Shown here in pieces: positions 48,244-57,365 of a DNA stretch of 64,000 nucleotides. The position numbers and the translations under genes were made by a program. Numbering within the stretch: position 1 is the first letter of the stretch; the number at the start of each line of letters is the position of its first letter. Below the pieces are notes generated by a model. The model did not search any database. It was not told where the DNA came from and saw only the letters and a list, made by a program, of their open reading frames with translations. The stretch comes from Candidatus Saccharimonadota bacterium (lineage in GTDB: Bacteria > Patescibacteriota > Saccharimonadia > Saccharimonadales > JACDBH01), in the NCBI GenBank assembly GCA_013694995.1, contig JACDBH010000004.1, forward strand, positions 60,828 through 124,827, read 5' to 3'.

Positions 48244-49161
48244 ATGAAAAACATACAAAAAGCACTAACCTTAGTGGTTTTAGCTCTAAGTTTACTTATA
48301 AACTTGCCTACGTCCGTGTCGGGCCAATCCTCCCCGCCGCTTGTTAATCCAAATGACCAAGGCATAGGTATGCAAGGCAAACTTATCCAGCCGCCGCCTA
48401 GCGATGCCCCTACGATTACACTGCCATCAAACGGGCAGGTTTTTACTGAATTACCGGTGATTGTGACCGGCCTTTGTACTGACGGACTTTTTTTGCGTGT
48501 ATTTAAAAACAATGTCTTCGGTGGATCGACAGTGTGCGACGGTGGCAGCTATAGCGTCCAGATTGACTTGTTTCCAGGGCAGAACCAGATCACAGCTCGA
48601 GTTTATGACAATCTCGACCAATCTAGTCCAGTGTCCAATATAGTAACCGTGACTTATGCCATTGACGATCCATTAATACCCGGCTTGCCGGACGATGTCA
48701 GCCAACGAATAACTTTAACTAGTACGTTTGCCCGTAAAGGTGCGGACCCTGGTGAAGAGCTGGTTTGGCCCATAACACTTAGTGGTGGCCGCCCGCCTTA
48801 CGCCATTAGTGTTAATTGGGGAGATGGCAAGGAGGATTTATTGTCACAGGATTCGGCCAGTACCTTTGACATCAAACATATTTATCAGAACCCCGGTGTA
48901 TATAAAGTCATAATTAAGGGGACTGATGCAGATGGTGTTAGTGCGTTCCTTCAATTAGTCGGAATTGCCAATGGCGCTGTGACAGTGGGTACGGGGGCAC
49001 AGGGCAATGACCAGCCAGTCGTAACCAGAACCAGGGTCTTATGGCAGCCAGCACTTATTATGTTCCCGTTAGTGCTGGCTGCGTTTTGGCTTGGTAAGCG
49101 CTACCAACTGAAGCGTGTTAGATACCGCATTAAAAACCGCATTTTACCTATTGATAAGTAA
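48244..49161 (+). CDS. Secreted PKD-domain protein with C-terminal TM anchor
   Basis: Signal peptide. PKD signature VNWGDGKED...HIYQNPGVYKVIIKGTDADG. C-terminal TM LIMFPLVLAAFWLG followed by a KR-rich tail. Confidence 0.6.
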   Translation: MKNIQKALTLVVLALSLLINLPTSVSGQSSPPLVNPNDQGIGMQGKLIQPPPSDAPTITLPSNGQVFTELPVIVTGLCTDGLFLRVFKNNVFGGSTVCDGGSYSVQIDLFPGQNQITARVYDNLDQSSPVSNIVTVTYAIDDPLIPGLPDDVSQRITLTSTFARKGADPGEELVWPITLSGGRPPYAISVNWGDGKEDLLSQDSASTFDIKHIYQNPGVYKVIIKGTDADGVSAFLQLVGIANGAVTVGTGAQGNDQPVVTRTRVLWQPALIMFPLVLAAFWLGKRYQLKRVRYRIKNRILPIDK

Positions 49162-49226
49162 ACAATCTTATTACATTAGGATAACGAGTTTAAGGACGGG
49201 ATAAATTTTGCTAAAATAGTTTAGTT

Positions 49227-50312
49227 ATGTCAAAAAAAGTTTACGTCGGCCTCTCGGGAGGTGTTGATTCAAGTGTTACTGCGGCTTTGCTACTAGAGCA
49301 GGGTTATGAAGTGACTGGCGTATACATGAAAAATTGGAGCCGGGATCTGCCAGGCTTCGAATGCCCCTGGAAACAAGACTTTACTGATGCGAAAAGAGTA
49401 GCTGTGCAACTGGGAATTCCGTTCAAAATGTATGACTTTGAAAAGCAATACCGGCAAAAGGTTGTCGATTACATGGTTGAAGGTTACAAGGCTGGGCGGA
49501 CACCGAATCCTGACATCATGTGCAACCAAGAAATTAAATTTAAACTATTTCTAGATACAGCATTAAGCGATGGTGCAGATTTTGTGGCCACTGGCCATTA
49601 TGCCCGTGTGACAAAAAAGGAGGACATTAAGGTTAGGGTGGAAATGAAAACCGCTAGGGATGAAAATAAGGACCAGACTTATTTTTTATACCGAATTACT
49701 AAAGAAGCACTAGATAAGACTTTATTTCCACTGGGAGAGTATACGAAGCCGGAAGTTCGGAACCTGGCAAAAAAGTTTGGACTTATAACTGCCAGTAAAA
49801 CAGAAAGCATGGGAATTTGTTTTGTCGGCAAGGTGGGCATCAAAGAATTCTTACTTCACGAACTTGGTGAGCAGCCACATGGCAAGATTATAGACCAGGA
49901 GGGCAAAAACATTGGCGAACACGACGGCGCAATTTATTACACCATAGGCCAGCGCCACGGCCTCGATGTAGGGGGTGGTTTGCCCTATTACGTCACAAAT
50001 AAAGATATGAATAAGAATGAAGTTTATGTAACTAACGATTTGGGCGCTAAACAACTTTGGAGCAAATCCCTAAGTTTAACCAATGTGCACTGGATTAATG
50101 GGGCAGCAAAGAACGGCAAAACTATCCAAGTACGTACCCGCCATCGTGCACCACTCATTGAAGGCACACCACAGGTAGTGTCTGACGGCACCACCGGTAG
50201 CGTACCGGCGCTACAGGTAGAGTTATTTAATGAAATTCGCGCCGTTACGCCTGGCCAGTCAGCCGTACTATATGAAGGCGATAAGGTATTGGGCGGCGGA
50301 ATAATAATCTGA
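49227..50312 (+). CDS. mnmA: tRNA-specific 2-thiouridylase
   Basis: PP-loop VGLSGGVDSSV, catalytic Cys region MCNQEIKF, GHYAR motif. Confidence 0.85.
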   Translation: MSKKVYVGLSGGVDSSVTAALLLEQGYEVTGVYMKNWSRDLPGFECPWKQDFTDAKRVAVQLGIPFKMYDFEKQYRQKVVDYMVEGYKAGRTPNPDIMCNQEIKFKLFLDTALSDGADFVATGHYARVTKKEDIKVRVEMKTARDENKDQTYFLYRITKEALDKTLFPLGEYTKPEVRNLAKKFGLITASKTESMGICFVGKVGIKEFLLHELGEQPHGKIIDQEGKNIGEHDGAIYYTIGQRHGLDVGGGLPYYVTNKDMNKNEVYVTNDLGAKQLWSKSLSLTNVHWINGAAKNGKTIQVRTRHRAPLIEGTPQVVSDGTTGSVPALQVELFNEIRAVTPGQSAVLYEGDKVLGGGIII

Positions 50313-50355
50313 ATAGGTTTACCAGAGTAATCACCTCTGTTATGATAGTTTTGAC

Positions 50356-52242
50356 ATGACTGCACAAGACATCCGTAATGCGTATTTGAAGTTTTTCGAG
50401 GAACGTGGCCACCAGGTTATTCCGCGGGCTTTGCTGGTACCGCAGAATGACCCAACGACATTATTCACCGGTTCCGGCATGCAGCCATTAATCCCATATT
50501 TATTAGGTGAGCCGCACCCGAAAGGTACGCGGCTGGTAGACTCTCAGACATGTTTGCGCGCCCAAGATATAGAAGAGGTCGGTGACAACCGGCATACGAC
50601 ATTTTTTGAGATGCTTGGCAACTGGAGTTTGGGCGATTATTTTAAAAAAGAACAGTTGTCATGGTTTTTTGAATTTTTAACGGACACTGTTGGACTCGAT
50701 CCTAACCGTCTATACGTGACGACATTTATTGGTGATGAAGCAAATGGCATCCCACGAGATGACGAATCAGCCGATATCTGGGAAGAATTGTTTGCGAGTA
50801 AAGGTATTGACGCAAATACAGTCGAGATTGGCTCTGAGGATGATGGTTACAAAAAAGGTATGCAAGATGGACGGATTTTTTACTACGACGCAAGTAAAAA
50901 CTGGTGGTGCCGTGCCGGAAAAATCGACCAGATGCCAGCTGGAGAACCGGGCGGTCCAGACTCGGAAGTATTTTACGAATTCGAGCACATTGAACATGAC
51001 ACTAAATGGGGAGAATTATGCCATCCTAACTGCGACTGTGGCCGGTTTATGGAAATTGGCAACTCGGTATTTATGGAGTACATCAAAACTAAAAATGGCT
51101 TTGATAAATTACCAAAACAAAACGTTGATTTTGGCGGCGGGCTGGAGCGGATTGCAGCTGCATCATTGAATAGCTCAGATGTATTTAGAATTTCGCTGCT
51201 AGGGCCAATAATAGAAGCTTTGCAGAAATTATCTGGCAAAGATTACGAATCGAATACCAACGCAATGCGGGTTATAGCCGATCATCTGCGTGCTGCCACT
51301 TTTCTAGCTGTCGACGGAGTAGTTCCAAGTAATAAAGAGCAAGGTTATGTCATGCGCCGGCTGGTGAGACGAGCTATACGGTTTGCCTTTGATCTCGGCA
51401 TCGAACAAAATTTTTTGGAACACATTGTACCCGTTATTGCAGATCTTTATAAAGATGATTTTCCAGAAGTTGCTGAAAACCGCGACAAAGTAATTGCGGT
51501 GCTGATGAGGGAGGAAAAAGTCTTCCGTCAGACTCTTCGTGCTGGTGTCAAAGAGCTTTCGAAACTTTCCGAAGGTGGTCTTACCGGTGCTGAGGTATTC
51601 AAATTGTACGATACCTACGGTTTCCCAGTTGAGCTTAGTGTCGAAGAAGCATACAAGCAAGACATTACAGTTTCTCTGTCGTGGCGTGAGGAATTTGATA
51701 CGCTCATGAAAGAACAGCGCGAGCGATCGCAAACAGCAGCTAAAGGTACCTTCAAAGGCGGGCTTGGCGGCCAAACTATGCAACACAAAAAATACCACAC
51801 GGCGACGCATTTAATGTACCAAGCGCTTCGTGATGTATTAGGCAGTCATGTCATCCAACGTGGCAGTAATATAACCGAAGAACGCCTACGTTTTGACTTT
51901 AGTCACCCCGAAAAGGTTAACCCTGAGCAACTGCAAGAAGTTGAAGAGATTGTCAACAAGCAAATTAGCAAGGATCTGAAAGTCAGTTATGAGGAATTCC
52001 CTACTCGTGTTGCAGTAGATGAAAAGGGCGCCCTTGGGCAGTTTGGCGACCGTTACGGTGACACTGTAAAAGTCTATAAAATGATTGCCGATAACGAAGA
52101 CCAGCCTTTTAGTTTTGAAATTTGCGGCGGCCCGCATGTCGAACATACACTGCAATTATTTGAAGACAACAAAAAGTTTAAGATAATAAAAGAAGAAGCC
52201 AGTTCGGCAGGCATCCGCCGAATCAAAGCTGTGCTTATATAG
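50356..52242 (+). CDS. alaS: Alanyl-tRNA synthetase, truncated form (catalytic + tRNA-recognition + editing domains, no C-Ala domain)
   Basis: N-terminus FLKFFEERGHQVIPRALLVPQNDPTTLFTGSGM. Editing-domain HTATHLM...H and CGGPHV motifs. 628 aa, versus ~870 for typical bacterial AlaRS. Confidence 0.85.
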   Translation: MTAQDIRNAYLKFFEERGHQVIPRALLVPQNDPTTLFTGSGMQPLIPYLLGEPHPKGTRLVDSQTCLRAQDIEEVGDNRHTTFFEMLGNWSLGDYFKKEQLSWFFEFLTDTVGLDPNRLYVTTFIGDEANGIPRDDESADIWEELFASKGIDANTVEIGSEDDGYKKGMQDGRIFYYDASKNWWCRAGKIDQMPAGEPGGPDSEVFYEFEHIEHDTKWGELCHPNCDCGRFMEIGNSVFMEYIKTKNGFDKLPKQNVDFGGGLERIAAASLNSSDVFRISLLGPIIEALQKLSGKDYESNTNAMRVIADHLRAATFLAVDGVVPSNKEQGYVMRRLVRRAIRFAFDLGIEQNFLEHIVPVIADLYKDDFPEVAENRDKVIAVLMREEKVFRQTLRAGVKELSKLSEGGLTGAEVFKLYDTYGFPVELSVEEAYKQDITVSLSWREEFDTLMKEQRERSQTAAKGTFKGGLGGQTMQHKKYHTATHLMYQALRDVLGSHVIQRGSNITEERLRFDFSHPEKVNPEQLQEVEEIVNKQISKDLKVSYEEFPTRVAVDEKGALGQFGDRYGDTVKVYKMIADNEDQPFSFEICGGPHVEHTLQLFEDNKKFKIIKEEASSAGIRRIKAVLI

Positions 52243-52245
52243 TTT

Positions 52246-52554
52246 ATGGAGCTAGACCATTATTTTATCGATGATTATGCACCTTATCCCCGCATGCAGC
52301 GGACCGAAGTAATTTTTGACCCGGAAAGTGAAGCTCATTTGATGCAACTTGTAAGTAATGCTGCACGTAACGTGTTAATACGCACAGTTTCTAGTGACTC
52401 CAAAGCTTTGCCGAAACACGATTACAGCATTGTTCTAATGGGGAAAGTAGAAGAAGAATCAGTAAGACGAGCAGCTACCATGCAATTTCGCAATCAAAGG
52501 CTGAGGCAAGCTCATTTTGCTAAAAAAGTTCAGGCCAATCCCCGCTACCTCTAA
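52246..52554 (+). CDS. Hypothetical protein (102 aa)
   Basis: ORF starting 4 nt after the alaS stop. No motifs. Confidence 0.35.
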   Translation: MELDHYFIDDYAPYPRMQRTEVIFDPESEAHLMQLVSNAARNVLIRTVSSDSKALPKHDYSIVLMGKVEEESVRRAATMQFRNQRLRQAHFAKKVQANPRYL

Positions 52555-52743
52555 TATTACCGTGGTACAATAATACGGATATGCACAAGCATTATTTCTT
52601 GACCTCTTTGGTCTGTACGCGGGTTTCGCGGCAGCCTGAATCTTTTTCATTCCTCACCGTAGGCAGCGCTACACTTCGGCCTGAGAAAACATACATGCTA
52701 TCCACGAAACAAGCGTTCGGACAATCAGAGGAGCCAAGAAGCA

Positions 52744-54033
52744 ATGCTTAAGAAGTTTAAACGCCCAAGTTTTGGCCGCACAAAAAAGTCGGAACCAGCC
52801 CAACCAGACCACATCATCGGACTGGATATAGGCACCGAAAACGTTAAGGCACTGATTGGTAGGATTAAAGGTGATGAAATAGAAATTATTGGTGTAGGAA
52901 GGGCGCACCAGCACCTGGCTGATATGCAGGCCGGGGCAATTGCAGATATTGCCGGTGTAGTCACTAATTGTGATGAAGCCCTAGACGCAGCCGAAAAAAT
53001 GGCCGGGGTATCAGTCCGAGGCACTGTTATTGGTATTGCCGGCGAGCTAGTTAAAGGCACTACAACTACAGTTAAATTTACACGCAAAGACCCCAGCAAG
53101 CCGCTAGATATACCTGAAATTGAAAAGATTATAGGTATGGTACAAGCCAAGGCTCTGGGAAAAGCCAAGCAGCAGCTGGCGTGGGAACTGGGTGGCAAGG
53201 AAGTAGAAATCAGATTGGTTAACAGCGCACTAGTAAGTATAACGATTGACGGTTATGTCGTTAGTAGCCCAATGGGATTCCAGGGCCGCGATGTCATGAT
53301 CCAGCTTTATACGGCCTTTGCACCGCTTATACACATAGGTGCTTTGGAACGCACAGCGCACGAACTTGATCTCGATTTATTAGCCGTTGCGGCTGAGCCG
53401 TTCGCTGTAGCCAGAAGCATAGTTGGAAATGATCCAAACGCCAACATGAGCGCAATTCTTATGGATGTCGGTGGTGGTACGACCGATATTGCCATATTAA
53501 ACGAAGGCGGAGTCGAAGGAACTAAAATGTTCGGTATCGGCGGCCGGGCTTTTACCCGCTCGATTGAGCGCGATCTATCAACTGATTTCGACCAAGCTGA
53601 AATACTAAAGCTGGCGATTGATTCCAACAAGATCCCCCAGCACAAGCGTGGCCAAATTACAGATGCCTTGAATAAAACACTTGAGGTTTGGACTTCCGGT
53701 GTCGAGCTGGCCTTGGGCGAATTTACCAAGCTCGACCATCTTCCGCACCGTATTTTGTTATGCGGCGGCGGCTCATCTTTAGGAATGCTGATGGATACTT
53801 TGGCCGAGACCCGGTGGTATGGCGGCTTGCCATTTACCCGCAAACCTGTCGTAGAGCACATTGAGCCGATCCAGGTTACAGGTATTGTTGACAAAACCGG
53901 CGTTGTAACCGACCATACTTACATAACCGCGATGGGGTTGCTGCGAGTTGGGCTTGATACAATAAACCAGCAAAATCCTGATCATAATGCCGGATCAATT
54001 AAGGAACGAATAAATCGACTACTAAGCGTATGA
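52744..54033 (+). CDS. ftsA: Cell-division actin-like ATPase FtsA
   Basis: IIGLDIGTENVKALIG (phosphate-1), MDVGGGTTDIAIL (phosphate-2), and the region aligning to E. coli FtsA VVDIGGGTMDIAVYTGGAL. 429 aa. Confidence 0.7.
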   Translation: MLKKFKRPSFGRTKKSEPAQPDHIIGLDIGTENVKALIGRIKGDEIEIIGVGRAHQHLADMQAGAIADIAGVVTNCDEALDAAEKMAGVSVRGTVIGIAGELVKGTTTTVKFTRKDPSKPLDIPEIEKIIGMVQAKALGKAKQQLAWELGGKEVEIRLVNSALVSITIDGYVVSSPMGFQGRDVMIQLYTAFAPLIHIGALERTAHELDLDLLAVAAEPFAVARSIVGNDPNANMSAILMDVGGGTTDIAILNEGGVEGTKMFGIGGRAFTRSIERDLSTDFDQAEILKLAIDSNKIPQHKRGQITDALNKTLEVWTSGVELALGEFTKLDHLPHRILLCGGGSSLGMLMDTLAETRWYGGLPFTRKPVVEHIEPIQVTGIVDKTGVVTDHTYITAMGLLRVGLDTINQQNPDHNAGSIKERINRLLSV

Positions 54034-55724
54034 CACCCCCGAAGAACAAAGAGAGCGTATATATTGATGTCGATGATGAGATAACAAACATCATCGAGAA
54101 AGTTAAAACCAGCGAAAGCAAGATTGTCGCTCTGGTGCTGCCTAAACGCGCCACTGTACTTCAAAGCGTTGTGAACATGAAGCTGCTTAAAAAAGCTGCG
54201 CTCAGCTCCAAGAAAAGTATCGTTTTGATTACCTCCGAAGTTGGCCTGCTACCACTGGCCGGTGCTGCCGGTTTACATGTAGCTAAAAGTTTGCAGAGTA
54301 AGCCGGTTATTCCACCCATGCCGAAAACCGTAGCTGACGATGACGAAGTGACCGAAGATATAGGGGACGAAGTGCCAATTGATGCAACCACTTCGGTTGG
54401 TACCTTGGCAGCGGCTGCTGCAATAGCTGACGATGACGATACCGAGACGATTGAGCTGGATAACATTGATTTAGATGGAACAGAAGCCGGGGCGGTTAAA
54501 AAAGGTATGGCCGAGCGTCTAAAACACCTTAAAGTGCCTAACTTTGAGAGATTTCGGCTTGTTTTCTTTTTAGCAGGCTTAGGCCTGCTACTCTTAGTTG
54601 GTGGACTGATAATGGCATTTATCATCATGCCCAAGGCCCATATAACTATCAAGACCGATACGACCAGTGTAGTAAGTTCATTTGATTTTATAGCCAGTGC
54701 AAATGTTGCCGAACTAAATATCGATGAGAAGAAAATACCGGCGGTATATAAAGAAGTTATTAAAAAAGATAGTGAAAAAGCCCCTGCAACAGGACAAAAA
54801 GATACCGGTACTAAAGCCACTGGCACTATGACACTTAAGAACTGCGCAGCAACCGAAGGTAGTGTCGTCGTACCGGTCGGAACCAGGTTTACTAATAGCG
54901 GGCTAAGTTTTGCAAGCGACGAGGCAGTGACATTGCCGGAGAGTTCGTTTAGCAGCGGTGGTACGTGTAAGACTGACACCCGTAGTGTTGACGTAACTGC
55001 CGAGAGTCCTGGGGACAACTACAATCTTAGTAGCCGGACATATACATCTAATCTGGGTAGCGTAACGGCTTCTGGCTCGGCAATGAGTGGTGGTACAACC
55101 AATATCATCAAGATTGTCAGTCAGGGAGATATTGATGCCGCAGTCGCCAAGATGAAAAGCCGTTTGGACAAGCAAGCCGTAGACGAGTTAAAGGCGCTAA
55201 TGGATACAGAACAGTTATTTACATTGAACGAAAGTAAATTCTCGACCGAACCAAAGATTGCCTCTACTCCCGCTCTAGACCACGAAGCCACCGAATTTAC
55301 TGTAACTTCCGAAACAACATACTCCACGCTGGGTATTAAGCGTGAATATTTAAGCCAGGTTATTGCATCAGATGTTGAGGATAAGATAGACACTCAGAAA
55401 CAGGCAATTACCAATGATGGCATTGATACGGCTATATTCCGGCTTAATAATCTTGCAAATCCGAAAGAGGCCTTTATCAGTTTTCGAACATCTGTTGTTG
55501 CCGGTCCGGAGTTAGATGAAGTAGCAATTAAGGAAGCGGTGCGGGGCAAAAAACGAGGACAGGTCGAAAGTTATATAAGTAGCCAGCCAGGTGTCAAAGA
55601 GGTAATTGTTGAGTATAGCCCATTCTGGATTTACTCTACACCCAAATCTACTAAGAAGATTCAAATAACAATAGAAAAAACCGCTGAAACACAGGCAGAA
55701 CAAGCAGCTGATGGATCGGAATAA
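54030..55724 (+). CDS. Hypothetical bitopic membrane protein (cytoplasmic acidic N-domain, one TM, large extracytoplasmic domain); not FtsZ
   Basis: TM FRLVFFLAGLGLLLLVGGLIMAFIIMP at ~aa 175-200. No tubulin GGGTGSG motif. Overlaps the ftsA stop. Confidence 0.5.
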   Translation: MTPPKNKESVYIDVDDEITNIIEKVKTSESKIVALVLPKRATVLQSVVNMKLLKKAALSSKKSIVLITSEVGLLPLAGAAGLHVAKSLQSKPVIPPMPKTVADDDEVTEDIGDEVPIDATTSVGTLAAAAAIADDDDTETIELDNIDLDGTEAGAVKKGMAERLKHLKVPNFERFRLVFFLAGLGLLLLVGGLIMAFIIMPKAHITIKTDTTSVVSSFDFIASANVAELNIDEKKIPAVYKEVIKKDSEKAPATGQKDTGTKATGTMTLKNCAATEGSVVVPVGTRFTNSGLSFASDEAVTLPESSFSSGGTCKTDTRSVDVTAESPGDNYNLSSRTYTSNLGSVTASGSAMSGGTTNIIKIVSQGDIDAAVAKMKSRLDKQAVDELKALMDTEQLFTLNESKFSTEPKIASTPALDHEATEFTVTSETTYSTLGIKREYLSQVIASDVEDKIDTQKQAITNDGIDTAIFRLNNLANPKEAFISFRTSVVAGPELDEVAIKEAVRGKKRGQVESYISSQPGVKEVIVEYSPFWIYSTPKSTKKIQITIEKTAETQAEQAADGSE

Positions 55725-56136
55725 TGTCATGGCGTTGGACGTGGGAGCGCGGCGGATTGGCGTCGCTGTTGCAAGTACTTTATCTAGGCTAGCTAGCCCC
55801 GTCGAGTTTATAGATCTTAAAAAAACACCTGAAGCTGTGTATGAAATTAAGAAACTGATTGAAAAACACAAGATCTCTACTGTGGTAGTGGGTTTACCGC
55901 GCGGCCTGGACGGACAGGAAACTGCTCAAACGTCAACTTCCCGCCAGTTTGCTACATATTTATCAAAAAATGTTAGCCAGCCAGTAGTAATGCAAGACGA
56001 AGCCGGTACGTCCAAAGAAGCTGTGGCGTTACTGGAATTGAGGCGAAAACCTTACAGCAAAGGCGATATAGACTCAGAAGCCGCGGCTCTTATTTTACGC
56101 GATTGGCTAGAAAACTCTCTGGAGAGAACGGCATGA
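55711..56136 (+). CDS. ruvX: Holliday-junction resolvase-like YqgF/RuvX
   Basis: ALDVGARRIGVAVAS (RNase H-like DxG motif) and the VVGLP segment. Confidence 0.8.
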   Translation: MDRNNVMALDVGARRIGVAVASTLSRLASPVEFIDLKKTPEAVYEIKKLIEKHKISTVVVGLPRGLDGQETAQTSTSRQFATYLSKNVSQPVVMQDEAGTSKEAVALLELRRKPYSKGDIDSEAAALILRDWLENSLERTA

Positions 56137-57200
56137 GAGCATATAAACACGGCCATGGGTCGGGCAAGCGTTGGCATAAAATACTTTTTTTTGCCGGGCT
56201 AGCTTTCTTACTATTAACTGTTGCCGGTGCAGTCGGCGTGCGCAGCCTGTATACCCGCAATCTGCAGCCAATCAACATTAATGCCAAAGAAGATGTAATA
56301 TTTGTCGTAGTCAGTGGAGCCTCGGTTGATGAAATAGCCGAGGAGCTTCGGGATAAACAACTTATTCGTTCAACATGGGCCTTTTCACGATATATTAAAA
56401 GCAACGAGCTGGCTGATTTGCTTAAAGCCGGTACTTACCGATTGCAACAGTCTCAGGACGTACCGGCAATTGCCACCATATTAACTGAAGGGAGAGTAGC
56501 AGTGGACCTGTTTACAATTTTGCCGGCCCGACGGCTTGATCAGCTACGCCAGGCTTTTATCGATGCCGGATATAGCGTGGAGCAAGTAGATGCAGCCCTA
56601 AAGCCAGAAAACTATGCCGATCATCCGGCACTGGTCGATAAGCCCAAAGAAGCCAACTTGGAGGGATACCTTTATCCTGACTCGTTCCATAAAATTGCCG
56701 AAACAACACCAGAGACACTAATTGCTGCTTCGCTCGATGAGATGGCCGAGGCGCTGACGCCGGAAATAAGGGCGGGAATTGCTAAACAAGGACTGAGCAT
56801 CCACCAGGGAATAATCATCGCATCAATCGTTGAACAGGAAATACCGTCGCCGCCGAAGGCGCCAAAAGAGGACCGCCAAAAGGCTGCCCAGGTATTCTTG
56901 ACTCGTATCAAATCTAATATGCAGCTGGGATCTGACGTCACGGCTTTTTATGGCGCCTACCTGGCCAATAAAAAGCCTGCTGTTAGCTTTGATTCTCCGT
57001 ATAACACTAGGATATATAATGGCTTGCCACCGGGGCCGATAAGCAATGTCAGCCGTAACAGTCTGGAAGCGGTTGCTTTCCCAGCCATAACCGACTTCCT
57101 GTACTTCGTGGCGGGCGACGATGGTATAACTTACTTCTCAAAAACGATTGAAGAACACGAAGCTTTAACGGCTCAGCACTGTATAGAATTGTGTCGCTAG
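56103..57200 (+). CDS. mltG: Endolytic murein transglycosylase MltG (YceG-like)
   Basis: N-terminal TM. YceG-like motifs including ASIVEQE and TYRL. Conserved ruvX-mltG adjacency. Confidence 0.8.
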   Translation: MARKLSGENGMRAYKHGHGSGKRWHKILFFAGLAFLLLTVAGAVGVRSLYTRNLQPININAKEDVIFVVVSGASVDEIAEELRDKQLIRSTWAFSRYIKSNELADLLKAGTYRLQQSQDVPAIATILTEGRVAVDLFTILPARRLDQLRQAFIDAGYSVEQVDAALKPENYADHPALVDKPKEANLEGYLYPDSFHKIAETTPETLIAASLDEMAEALTPEIRAGIAKQGLSIHQGIIIASIVEQEIPSPPKAPKEDRQKAAQVFLTRIKSNMQLGSDVTAFYGAYLANKKPAVSFDSPYNTRIYNGLPPGPISNVSRNSLEAVAFPAITDFLYFVAGDDGITYFSKTIEEHEALTAQHCIELCR

Positions 57201-57365
57201 AACCTAATATTGCTAAAATTAGTAATATATTATACAACTTTACACTTTAACAGAGGTAGAGCAATAGCATGCAAAGATTGACTCTAATAGTACCATCTAG
57301 TACAATGAGTGGGCAAAATACCGTTTTATGGCTGATTTGTTCATAGAACGTTCGTAATTTGCCTA

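Noticed and set aside
54030-55724. FtsZ downstream of ftsA
   Set aside because: No tubulin GGGTGSG motif. The protein has a TM helix and a large extracytoplasmic domain.
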